From Spirulina sp. (GTDB lineage: Bacteria > Cyanobacteriota > Cyanobacteriia > Phormidesmidales > Phormidesmidaceae): 64,000 bases of DNA. Of the stretch, positions 40,930 to 48,995 are shown piece after piece; positions within the stretch are counted from its first letter, which is position 1; each line of letters opens with the position of its first letter. The notes under the pieces are model-generated. The model did no database searches and was not told the origin of the DNA. It saw only the letters and a list, made by a program, of their open reading frames with translations. The translations under genes were made by a program, and so were the position numbers. The stretch lies in assembly GCA_044070495.1 (NCBI GenBank), contig JBIPSI010000005.1, positions 64,001 to 128,000 on the forward strand, in the 5' to 3' direction.

Positions 40930-41706
40930 ATGACGTATTGCTTAGGGATATTGGCCCGGTCGGGTCTGGTGCTGGCGGCAGATTCTCGAACCAATGCTGG
41001 GGTAGACTACATTTCCTCCTACCGCAAGCTGTTTGATTTTTCCCTGCCGGGGGAGCGGGTGATTTTGCTCTGCACCTCAGGGAACCTGTCGGTCACCCAG
41101 GGGGTGGTGCATACCCTCAGCCAAGATATTAAAGGCAACCAAGCCTCTAACCTGCACACCCTACCCACCATGTACGATGTGGCCCGCTATGTGGGAAAGC
41201 AAATTCGGGCGATGCAGGACGTAGACCGTGCCTGGTTGGAGAAGGATGGTATTGATTTTCAGTGCAGTTTTTTGGTGGGGGGGCAAATTATGGGCGAAGC
41301 ACCCGCCCTGTTTTTGGTCTACAGCCAGGGCAACTGCATCCAGGCCACCCCAGAAACGCCCTTTTTGCAAATTGGCGAAACCAAATACGGCAAGCCCATC
41401 CTAGACCGCACCATTCGCTTCGATGCGCCCCTAGATGCCATTGCCAAATGTGCTCTATTGTCATTGGATAGCACGATGCGATCGAACCTATCCGTTGGCC
41501 CACCGATTAACATGACTATGTATGAGGCAGATAGCTTTGAGGTGAAGCACCGGGCGCAGTTCCATGCCGGAGATCCCTATCTGCTAAAAATGCGTAAACA
41601 TTGGGAAGTCTCGCTACGGGAAGCCTCCGCCAGTATGCCCGACATCGACTGGAACCAGGCGGAAGAAACGATGCCCACGGAAACCGCCGACTTGGAGAAG
41701 AACTAG
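40930..41706 (+). CDS. Proteasome-type Ntn protease (Anbu)
   Basis: Starts MTYCLG (N-terminal Thr nucleophile), ADSRTNAGVD, QIGETKYGKPILDR, DSTMRSNLSVG. Confidence 0.9.
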   Translation: MTYCLGILARSGLVLAADSRTNAGVDYISSYRKLFDFSLPGERVILLCTSGNLSVTQGVVHTLSQDIKGNQASNLHTLPTMYDVARYVGKQIRAMQDVDRAWLEKDGIDFQCSFLVGGQIMGEAPALFLVYSQGNCIQATPETPFLQIGETKYGKPILDRTIRFDAPLDAIAKCALLSLDSTMRSNLSVGPPINMTMYEADSFEVKHRAQFHAGDPYLLKMRKHWEVSLREASASMPDIDWNQAEETMPTETADLEKN

Positions 41707-41785
41707 AACGTCGGTTCAGGAACCCGGTTTCTACCTTGGTGAACGCAAAATCTCGTGGACTACCCGATGCAGAAACCGGGTTTCT
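41703..41785. mobile_element. MITE/REP-like element, same family as 5552-5671
   Basis: CTAGAACGTCGGTTCAGGAACCCGGTTTCT ... AGAAACCGGGTTTCT. Confidence 0.65.
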
Positions 41786-41792
41786 CGTCATC

Positions 41793-42521
41793 CTACGCTT
41801 GACCTTTCAAAGCTAAGGCCGCGACGTAACCCGGTGTGGGTTGCCATTGATAGATCCGCCAGCCCAGTTCTAGTCCTTGGGTCGATTCAAGGCATTGAGG
41901 CTCTGTGGACTGAGGGTTAGGTGGCAGGGTTAATTCCACGGTGTTGAGCGGAATAGTTAGCCCCACGCCCAGCCCTTTGACGTAGGCTTCTTTGCACGTC
42001 CAATACCGCAGAAATTGTAAGGTGGCTTCGTCTAACGGCAGGGCCAGTACCGATTGGGATTCGGCCTCACTGAGGTAGCGGCGACAGAGTTGGTCTAACC
42101 GTCGTCGGGGTTGAATCGGTTCTAGATCAACGCCAACGGCTTGGCGATCACTGAGGACAATCATCAGCCAGTCGCCGCCGTGGGAGAGGTTGAATTGAAG
42201 GGTCGGATCCTCGACTAGGAAGGGTTTACCGTGAGGCCCAGTGTCTAGGGTAAGGTGGTTGGCAGCTTGGCCGGTGACTTGACTGATCCACTGCCTTAAC
42301 AGGGTGCGACTGGCCAGAAATTGGTGCCGTGATCGCCTGTGATGTATGCGGGCAGCCCGAACATACTCGGCTGAGCTGATCCATTCAGATTGTGGCGTTA
42401 CTTTGCCCAAGGGGACGACCACCACCACAGCGTTGTTCACAGACCAAACCCGCGCCGCCGCATCGAGGGGAACAGGTGGGGGCAGGTTTCCATTAAGACG
42501 CGACCTAGGGGCAGACGACAT
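41793..42521 (-). CDS. 4'-phosphopantetheinyl transferase (Sfp/HetI-like)
   Basis: HGKP, FNLSH, VGVDLE, WTCKEAYVKG. Confidence 0.92.
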   Translation of the reverse strand: MSSAPRSRLNGNLPPPVPLDAAARVWSVNNAVVVVVPLGKVTPQSEWISSAEYVRAARIHHRRSRHQFLASRTLLRQWISQVTGQAANHLTLDTGPHGKPFLVEDPTLQFNLSHGGDWLMIVLSDRQAVGVDLEPIQPRRRLDQLCRRYLSEAESQSVLALPLDEATLQFLRYWTCKEAYVKGLGVGLTIPLNTVELTLPPNPQSTEPQCLESTQGLELGWRIYQWQPTPGYVAALALKGQA

Positions 42522-42649
42522 ATCTGTTCACATCTGGGCTGATTGTGGGTAAAGATAGAGCCAATTTGGGCATTCCTACGGAGGTAGGATAGACATAATC
42601 CCACGTCTTCCTACGCTTCTTTGCTACGTTCCTGAATTAGGGTACCGCC

Positions 42650-43855
42650 TTGCCCCGCTCCACCGCTTCGACCGATTCCCGTTTGGCTCTGCCCCATGTC
42701 TGCATCGTGGGCGGCGGGTTTGGCGGGTTATACTGCGCCTTGGCCCTCCAGCGCTACCAGCGGCAATCTGCTTCCACCTTTCGGATCACCCTGGTAGAGC
42801 CAAGGGATCGCTTTTTGTTTACGCCGTTGCTCTACGAGGTGTTGACCGACGAACTAAAACCCTGGGAGATTGCCCCCAGCTATCGGGAATTGCTTCGCCC
42901 CTATGCCATCGACCATCGCCAAGACTGGGTGGAAGCGATGGATATCCAACAGCAGCAGGTCAGGCTGCGGCAGGGAGAGGTGTTGTCCTACGACTATCTT
43001 GTGGTTGCCACAGGCAGTCGTTTGCGCCCACCCGCCACGCCTGGAAGCCACCATGCTATTCCGTTTACTACCCTAGAGGATGTCTGGACGCTAGAAAAAC
43101 GGCTGGCGCAGATCGAACCTGCGGCCACGGTAGCGAAGCCAATGCATGTGGTCGTCACCGGGGCGGGGCCAAGCGGGGTAGAACTGGCCTGCAAGTTGGC
43201 GGATCGACTGGGGCCACGCGGTCGTATCACGCTGCTAGACCGACGGGCCGTGATTCTGCGATCCCATCCCCTGGCCATTCAGCAGGCCGCCACCAAGGCC
43301 TTGGTAAAGCGTAGGGTTGCAATATTTACGGATGTAGCCATCGAGGCCGTACAGGCGGATCAGGTCATTTATCAACACGCCGACACAATTTATCATTGTC
43401 CTGCCGATCTTGTGATTTGGACCGTGGGTACCATTCCCCAGCCCTGGCTAGGGAGCGATATTCCCAAGCAATCGCCCTTGGCCCAGTGCCTTGTGCAGCC
43501 CACCCTACAACTGCCAGACTACGGCAATGTCTTTGTGCTAGGAGACATCGCCGAAATGCCCGCCCCAGGCCGTAGCCGTGCCCCCATGACGGCCCAGGCC
43601 GCCTTCCAGGCCGCCCCGATTGTGGCCCATAACCTCTGGGCTAGTGTCCATCATCGTCCCCTCCGCCCCTTCCACTATCATCACCTGGGAGATATGCTCA
43701 CCCTGGGTAAGGGGGAAGCCGTGGTCTATGGCTTCGGCCTCTGCCTCACCGGACGATTAGGGTCTGTGGCCCGTCGCTGGGGCTACTGGATGCGGCTACC
43801 CACCCTCCAACATCGCTGGCGAGTGCTAAGACACTGGCTGAGAATAGGTCAATAG
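42650..43855 (+). CDS. Type II NADH dehydrogenase-like FAD oxidoreductase (Ndb family)
   Basis: IVGGGFGG, FLFTPLLYE, GAGPSGVELA, VLGD.A, TAQAAFQ. Confidence 0.88.
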   Translation: MPRSTASTDSRLALPHVCIVGGGFGGLYCALALQRYQRQSASTFRITLVEPRDRFLFTPLLYEVLTDELKPWEIAPSYRELLRPYAIDHRQDWVEAMDIQQQQVRLRQGEVLSYDYLVVATGSRLRPPATPGSHHAIPFTTLEDVWTLEKRLAQIEPAATVAKPMHVVVTGAGPSGVELACKLADRLGPRGRITLLDRRAVILRSHPLAIQQAATKALVKRRVAIFTDVAIEAVQADQVIYQHADTIYHCPADLVIWTVGTIPQPWLGSDIPKQSPLAQCLVQPTLQLPDYGNVFVLGDIAEMPAPGRSRAPMTAQAAFQAAPIVAHNLWASVHHRPLRPFHYHHLGDMLTLGKGEAVVYGFGLCLTGRLGSVARRWGYWMRLPTLQHRWRVLRHWLRIGQ

Positions 43856-43945
43856 CCAAGGGTGCCAATTCAAGGAATAGCGCCCGTTTAGAGGCGCTGA
43901 TTGGAAATAGGGATAAAGGCAGATCAGGACTCTAAACGACCTGGT

Positions 43946-44065
43946 TGACTGACAAAACTTGCTAGAACCCATAGCAGTCAAAGGGTCAGGAGACCTGACC
44001 CCTACATGAACCCCATACTGTAGGGGCGCGGTTTTCGCGCCCGATGCAGAATCTTTTGTCAGTCA
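43946..44065. mobile_element. Composite REP/MITE element: 12-bp terminal inverted repeats around a GTAG REP doublet
   Basis: TGACTGACAAAA (43946-57) / TTTTGTCAGTCA (44054-65); internal GGGTCAGG..CCTGACCC-CTAC and GTAG-GGGCGCG..CGCGCCC. Confidence 0.72.
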
Positions 44066-44181
44066 GCTCGCTAAAGGACTGAGCATTTGTGCTGACTATC
44101 TACCCGAAAAAGTTGGGTGGTTATGGATAGGCTCACTCTGCTAAAAGGCCCAGCCTTTAAATAGAGTCATGACTTAAAACA

Positions 44182-44266
44182 ACTGAGTATTTATGCAGAT
44201 TGATCAGCTATAAAGACTGAGTATTTATGCAGATTGGCCACTTATAAAGACTGAGTATTTATGCAG
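44182..44266. repeat. Three identical 17-bp direct repeats with a 34-bp period
   Basis: ACTGAGTATTTATGCAG at 44182, 44216 and 44250. Confidence 0.95.
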
Positions 44267-44551
44267 TGTCGTGGGAGAAGCTGTAGATCTGAGAGCAAAA
44301 AATCATAAAGTTTACACAACTTCAATAAATCTTTCGTTGGCGATAGAAATTTCATGCTTCCTCCCTTAATGCCGCTATTTTAAGGGCTTGAACTGGAGTT
44401 TGATGAAGGGTAAACCGCTTAATCGTCTTGCCTCGACACATTCCCTCAAATTACTTAATAAAAATCCCATGAAGGAGATGATAGGATTCTCGTAACTAAG
44501 CCATAAGCTTTTCTTCATTATTGCTAGTCGTTGTTTCTGGAGCGTGTAGCT

Positions 44552-44737
44552 ATGTCTGACACTTCTTCTGTTGGTATTAAGCCTGAAACCCGCAACCACA
44601 AAGGCTTCTTTGTGCAGGATGGGGACTATAACCTAGTGAGCATCGACGCCTCTGGATGGGCCTTGATCTGTGTTGATGATGCTGTCTGCCACTATGTTGA
44701 TCCCGACAACCTGTTGATTTCCCAGGAGCAGGACTAG
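44552..44737 (+). CDS. Small hypothetical acidic protein (61 aa)
   Basis: GGAG upstream of ATG 44552; MSDTSSVG...WALICVDDAVCHYVDPDNL; terminator downstream. Confidence 0.68.
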   Translation: MSDTSSVGIKPETRNHKGFFVQDGDYNLVSIDASGWALICVDDAVCHYVDPDNLLISQEQD

Positions 44738-44907
44738 ACTACCGTTAGTTACCGATACGATCTAGGTCGGCTAGACCCTGACTCTCTGAGAATAAATACC
44801 TAATTCAGAGAACTGTCCCGCCGGTTGTGATCCAAACGCTATCGCAATAGTCTTCGGGTTCTATTCCCCAGAGGCGATCGACTTTTGAAAAAGCTGTACA
44901 TGACTAG

Positions 44908-44943
44908 ATTGGCTGGCTCCAGAGAGGGTCAGCCAATTTTTTT
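44908..44943 (+). terminator. Rho-independent terminator
   Basis: ATTGGCTGGC / GTCAGCCAAT stem followed by a T-run. Confidence 0.75.
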
Positions 44944-44999
44944 GGGGTTCTGCTTTTATACCCTGGAGATGCTTCGGTAGGCAGGGAGCTAGAAAAGCA

Positions 45000-45148
45000 T
45001 ATAGCGGATTTCACACGGGTGAAGTACATTGATGCGATCCCCCCTGCCCCCTTAAAAAGGGGGGTATAGCATGAAACTCAGACCACGAGGCCCTGGGGGG
45101 ATCTAGATCTCAGCAACGGTGTATCTCACTCTATTGAGAATCGCTATA
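45000..45148. mobile_element. MITE-like element with imperfect TATAGCG.../...CGCTATA ends and an internal CCCCCTTAAAAAGGGGG palindrome
   Basis: Terminal inverted repeats visible; core shared with 57501-57684. Confidence 0.65.
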
Positions 45149-45207
45149 GTTCCAATCAACCAAGGATTTCCACTAAACTAGGGACGCTGTACCTTGCCCA
45201 GATCGCC

Positions 45208-45465
45208 ATGAAGGATGTTATTTCGCGCACGATTAGCTGGATATTAGTCATCGATTTAGGGCTGGTGCTCATGGCCTTTGCCTGGTTTATGGCAGCGGTT
45301 CTAGGCCGCAGCATGAATCTCAAACTTGGTCTAGACCTGTGGTACTCCCTTTGGAATCCGCTGATTTTGCCCGCCATTAGTGTGTTGATGGCGGGGGCCA
45401 TTGCGAGCGGCGTGATGGGATGGCTGGGCCGCAAATTTGGCTCTGATACCTCGCTTCAAGATTAA
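45208..45465 (+). CDS. Small two-TM membrane protein
   Basis: Two hydrophobic helices, LGLDLWYSLWNP. Confidence 0.75.
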   Translation: MKDVISRTISWILVIDLGLVLMAFAWFMAAVLGRSMNLKLGLDLWYSLWNPLILPAISVLMAGAIASGVMGWLGRKFGSDTSLQD

Positions 45466-45705
45466 TCAGTCCATCAGATCCCAGGCGAATCGAAGGATTC
45501 TTGCCCGCTGTCTTAGCGCTACCAACTGACGTCGCTCAGAGGGCGTTTGAAAAGGATTGACTCAGGTGCGATTGGTCGCTAGATCGGTGTAAAACCACGT
45601 TTTTTTTGACGGTTGAGGCTGACCTTATCGGTATAACTTGGGACAAGCTTCGGCTTTTCAAACGTCCTCTCAAGTGGTGCTGATGGGTCGTTTGAGGCCA
45701 AGACC

Positions 45706-46629
45706 CTAGGGACGAGGCGGTGGATCGTCATCGCCCCAGAGTTCCGTGGCGTCAACATCGATGGTGGGTGGGCGGGTGTCTTTCGGTTGGGGTGGGGTGG
45801 GCAGTCCGGCGGTGACATCGGAGACGGTTTCCCGTATTTGGTGGCGCAGGCGGCGGGTACGCTTTTTCACATCACCCAACCAATGCCCTAAGCGCTGCTG
45901 GGCTTCAGATTGGAGGCGATGGCCCTGTTCCTGCACCTGATCGGAAAACTGGGTGCGGGCCTGACGGGTTTTGTCTAGGGTAGCGTCCCAGGTTTGTTTG
46001 GGGTCGGGGATATGTTCAAAGACCTGATCCAGGGGCAGGGCTTCTAGGGGAGATCGAGGTGTTGCGGGGCGTGGAGAAACCGGCTCACCCAAACGTTCGG
46101 CTTGGGCAAGGGCCGCGTGGGACACCATCATGCGGCGACGGCCTAGGCTGATGACGGCCTCTGGGGAGAGGGCATAGCATCCGGGGACAAGGGCCGAAGC
46201 GGATTGGGTGCTGAAGTGGTATTGCAGGATGGCCCCACGGCTAGGGTCAAAGCGATAGTCGCTCAACGGGCCTAGACGATCACCGTGATCAGACCACACT
46301 TCAATATCGCTGAGGGCAATTCCCTCGGCCAGGGAGGCTTCTACATGGCTTTGGGCAATGTCCTCGCCAGCGGGTTCGCCAACCGGAGATGCCGAGGCCC
46401 GCAACACCAGTCCATCGTGGCCAATGGAAGTCACCTGATTCCACATGAACCGCTGGCTGCGGCGACCCAGGCCACCTCCGCAGCCGATCCCAATCACCCA
46501 ATGGCGACGCGGATCAACCCAAACCTCAGTGATGGGGCCTAGGGATTCTGCCGTATCGAGGTTGATGGGAACCAGGCGCAGCAGGTCGCCCTTAAGTAAT
46601 GTTGGGGGAAACGAGTTATCTGTCGTCAT
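45706..46629 (-). CDS. PRC-barrel domain protein (tandem PRC barrels plus helical tail)
   Basis: AESLGPITEVWVDP..HWVIGI, VWSDHGDRLG.LSDYRFDP..GAI. Confidence 0.75.
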   Translation of the reverse strand: MTTDNSFPPTLLKGDLLRLVPINLDTAESLGPITEVWVDPRRHWVIGIGCGGGLGRRSQRFMWNQVTSIGHDGLVLRASASPVGEPAGEDIAQSHVEASLAEGIALSDIEVWSDHGDRLGPLSDYRFDPSRGAILQYHFSTQSASALVPGCYALSPEAVISLGRRRMMVSHAALAQAERLGEPVSPRPATPRSPLEALPLDQVFEHIPDPKQTWDATLDKTRQARTQFSDQVQEQGHRLQSEAQQRLGHWLGDVKKRTRRLRHQIRETVSDVTAGLPTPPQPKDTRPPTIDVDATELWGDDDPPPRP

Positions 46630-46673
46630 CGTCTGGCCACCCTCCTCGTTTTTTACCAGGTATCGTATCGAGC

Positions 46674-46892
46674 CTAGGCCTTTTCTAGCTGAGCAACCCG
46701 CAGCCAGATGTTGGGCGTGGGCACATGGCCAAACTTCACGAGGGCGTATTCGTCGTTGATGTCCACAATTTCCCCCTGGGTTTCAAAGAGGTAGGAGGGG
46801 AGGCGAGCATCACTGGCTTTAATTTCTAGGCTGTTTTCTAGTTTGTCCCGTAGGGCTTTGACTAAATCACCGCGTTTGAGAGTTGCTGCCAT
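46674..46892 (-). CDS. ndhO: NDH-1 subunit O
   Basis: LENSLE..ASDARLPSYLFET.GE...VKFGHVPTPNIWLR. Confidence 0.93.
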   Translation of the reverse strand: MAATLKRGDLVKALRDKLENSLEIKASDARLPSYLFETQGEIVDINDEYALVKFGHVPTPNIWLRVAQLEKA

Positions 46893-47066
46893 GGTTTGTC
46901 CTGGATGATTCTGCTGTGCGTTTTGAGTACATTACAGAAACGTACATGACCTGATTCTAAGGCTTTTTCAGGCCGATAGGCCGCCCTGCTTTGTGGGGGG
47001 ACAGAAAGCGGTAGGATCGGCTACAGCCTTGTTGCTGTCTCACTCCTGCCATTTATCCTTGCCGCC

Positions 47067-48422
47067 ATGACTGCCCGCATTCACCTCGCTGAGCCTAACC
47101 CCCATCAAACCCTCACCCTGGCATTTCCGGGAGAGGGCGTAGCGCTACGGGGGCGGGTGACGATTCCGGGCGACAAGTCCATATCCCACCGAGCGCTGAT
47201 GTTGGGAGCCATTGCCCAGGGCGAAACCCGTATCCAGGGTTTGCTGCTGGGGGAAGATCCGCGCAGTACCGCCGCCTGTTTTCGGGCGATGGGCGTCCAA
47301 ATGTCAGATCTGGAAGACGAGTGGGTAACGGTGCAGGGGGTGGGCCTGGGGAATTTGCAGGAACCCGCCGATGTGCTGGATGCAGGCAATTCTGGGACGA
47401 CCCTGCGGCTGATGCTGGGCCTGTTGGCCTCCCACCCCGACCGATTTTTTACGGTAACGGGGGACAGTTCCCTGCGGTCTCGGCCCATGGGCCGGGTGAT
47501 CGATCCCCTAGGGCAGATGGGAGCCCAGATTTGGGGCCGTCAGGGCAATCGTCAAGCGCCCTTGGCGGTGCGGGGAACAGCGCTCAAACCGATTCATTAC
47601 CAGTCCCCCGTGGCCTCGGCCCAGGTCAAATCCTGCCTGCTGCTGGCGGGGCTAATGACCGAAGGATCCACCACCGTCACCGAACCCAGCCTCTCCCGCG
47701 ACCACAGCGAACGCATGTTGCGCGCCTTTGGGGCCAACCTCAGCATCGACCCCGACACCTGTAGCGTCACCGTCCACGGCCCTGCTACGTTGACGGGCCA
47801 AACCATTGTGGTGCCCGGAGACATTAGCTCGGCAGCTTTTTGGCTGGTGGCTGGAGCCATCACCCCTGGTTCGGATCTGGTGGTGGAAAATGTGGGCATC
47901 AACCCCACCCGAACCGGGATTTTAGACGCCCTGAAAATGATGGAGGCAGACATCACCCTGGAAAACTCCCGCGAAGTCACCGGGGAACCCGTGGCGGATC
48001 TGCGGGTGCGCTATGGCCCCCTCAAGGCCGCCCATTTTGGTGGCGACCTGATTCCTCGGATGATCGACGAAATTCCTATTCTGGCCATTGCCGCCCTGTT
48101 TGCCGAGGGGACGACCGTGATCACCGATGCGGCGGAACTGCGGGTGAAGGAATGTGATCGCCTTGCCGCCATGGCCAGCCAGCTTACCGCCCTAGGGGCC
48201 AAGGTGGAGGAAGCCCCCGAAGGCCTGACCATCCACGGCCAGAGCACCCTCACCGGAGCCACCGTTGAAAGCTTCGGCGATCACCGGGTTGCCATGAGCT
48301 TGGCCATTGCTGCCCTCCGCACCCAGGGCGAAACCATCCTTCAGCGGGCCGACGCCGCAGCGGTGTCCTACCCCGGCTTCATCGAGACCCTGGCCAACCT
48401 CTGTGACCTGCCCCTAGACTAG
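47067..48422 (+). CDS. aroA: 3-phosphoshikimate 1-carboxyvinyltransferase
   Basis: [44 protein letters not shown]. Confidence 0.97.
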   Translation: MTARIHLAEPNPHQTLTLAFPGEGVALRGRVTIPGDKSISHRALMLGAIAQGETRIQGLLLGEDPRSTAACFRAMGVQMSDLEDEWVTVQGVGLGNLQEPADVLDAGNSGTTLRLMLGLLASHPDRFFTVTGDSSLRSRPMGRVIDPLGQMGAQIWGRQGNRQAPLAVRGTALKPIHYQSPVASAQVKSCLLLAGLMTEGSTTVTEPSLSRDHSERMLRAFGANLSIDPDTCSVTVHGPATLTGQTIVVPGDISSAAFWLVAGAITPGSDLVVENVGINPTRTGILDALKMMEADITLENSREVTGEPVADLRVRYGPLKAAHFGGDLIPRMIDEIPILAIAALFAEGTTVITDAAELRVKECDRLAAMASQLTALGAKVEEAPEGLTIHGQSTLTGATVESFGDHRVAMSLAIAALRTQGETILQRADAAAVSYPGFIETLANLCDLPLD

Positions 48423-48523
48423 GGTTGACCCCACCCGCCAGAATTGATGCCTAAACCATGATTTAGGATCTCGCTTTGGGAATACTTGGGGAAATGCTTT
48501 TCGGGCATTGTCTTCAAGTTACT

Positions 48524-48952
48524 ATGTGGCAACCGTTGAGAAACTTTGTAAGCAGCATCACCACCTATGGGCTGCTCAGTCCAGATCAGGCCATGCGAGA
48601 TCAAGTCAACCAATGGCTTGCTGCGCGCCCCTGCCTGACCTGTGAAGATTGGTTTCGCCGTCACTGGGCTAGCCCTTCTCTCGGTCTGTCAAAAGCGTTG
48701 GTCGAATTCCTCTATGATCGTTTGTCTGCCTACAGCGGCCTATCCGTGGGCCGTATTCATCCCAATGATCGCCTGTTGGAGGATCTCCATTTTCCGGCGG
48801 TCTGTTGGTTTGATTGGGGCCTCACCCTCTGCGAAGACTTTTATCACGCCTTTGGCATCGACGTTTTAGATCACTTTGATGAAACCCAACTGATCACCTG
48901 TACAGACCTGGTGACTTTCCTCCAGGGGTACCTCACCCCCCAGCCTCCCTAG
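48524..48952 (+). CDS. Hypothetical protein with an acyl-carrier-protein-like C-terminal half
   Basis: IHPNDRLLEDL...LCEDFYHAFGIDV...LITCTDLVTFL resembles the ACP helical pattern; start uncertain. Confidence 0.65.
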   Translation: MWQPLRNFVSSITTYGLLSPDQAMRDQVNQWLAARPCLTCEDWFRRHWASPSLGLSKALVEFLYDRLSAYSGLSVGRIHPNDRLLEDLHFPAVCWFDWGLTLCEDFYHAFGIDVLDHFDETQLITCTDLVTFLQGYLTPQPP

Positions 48953-48995
48953 CATCCCCAAATCTTTGAGGCAATAACTTCCTGACGGCTCGGCC

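Noticed and set aside
41793..43855. NRPS/PKS cluster suggested by the PPTase
   Set aside because: No synthase, adenylation or canonical carrier genes nearby; a standalone PPTase is normal in cyanobacteria.
44182..44266. Mini CRISPR array
   Set aside because: Repeats are only 17 bp, the 17-bp spacers resemble each other, and there are no cas genes; this is a tandem repeat.
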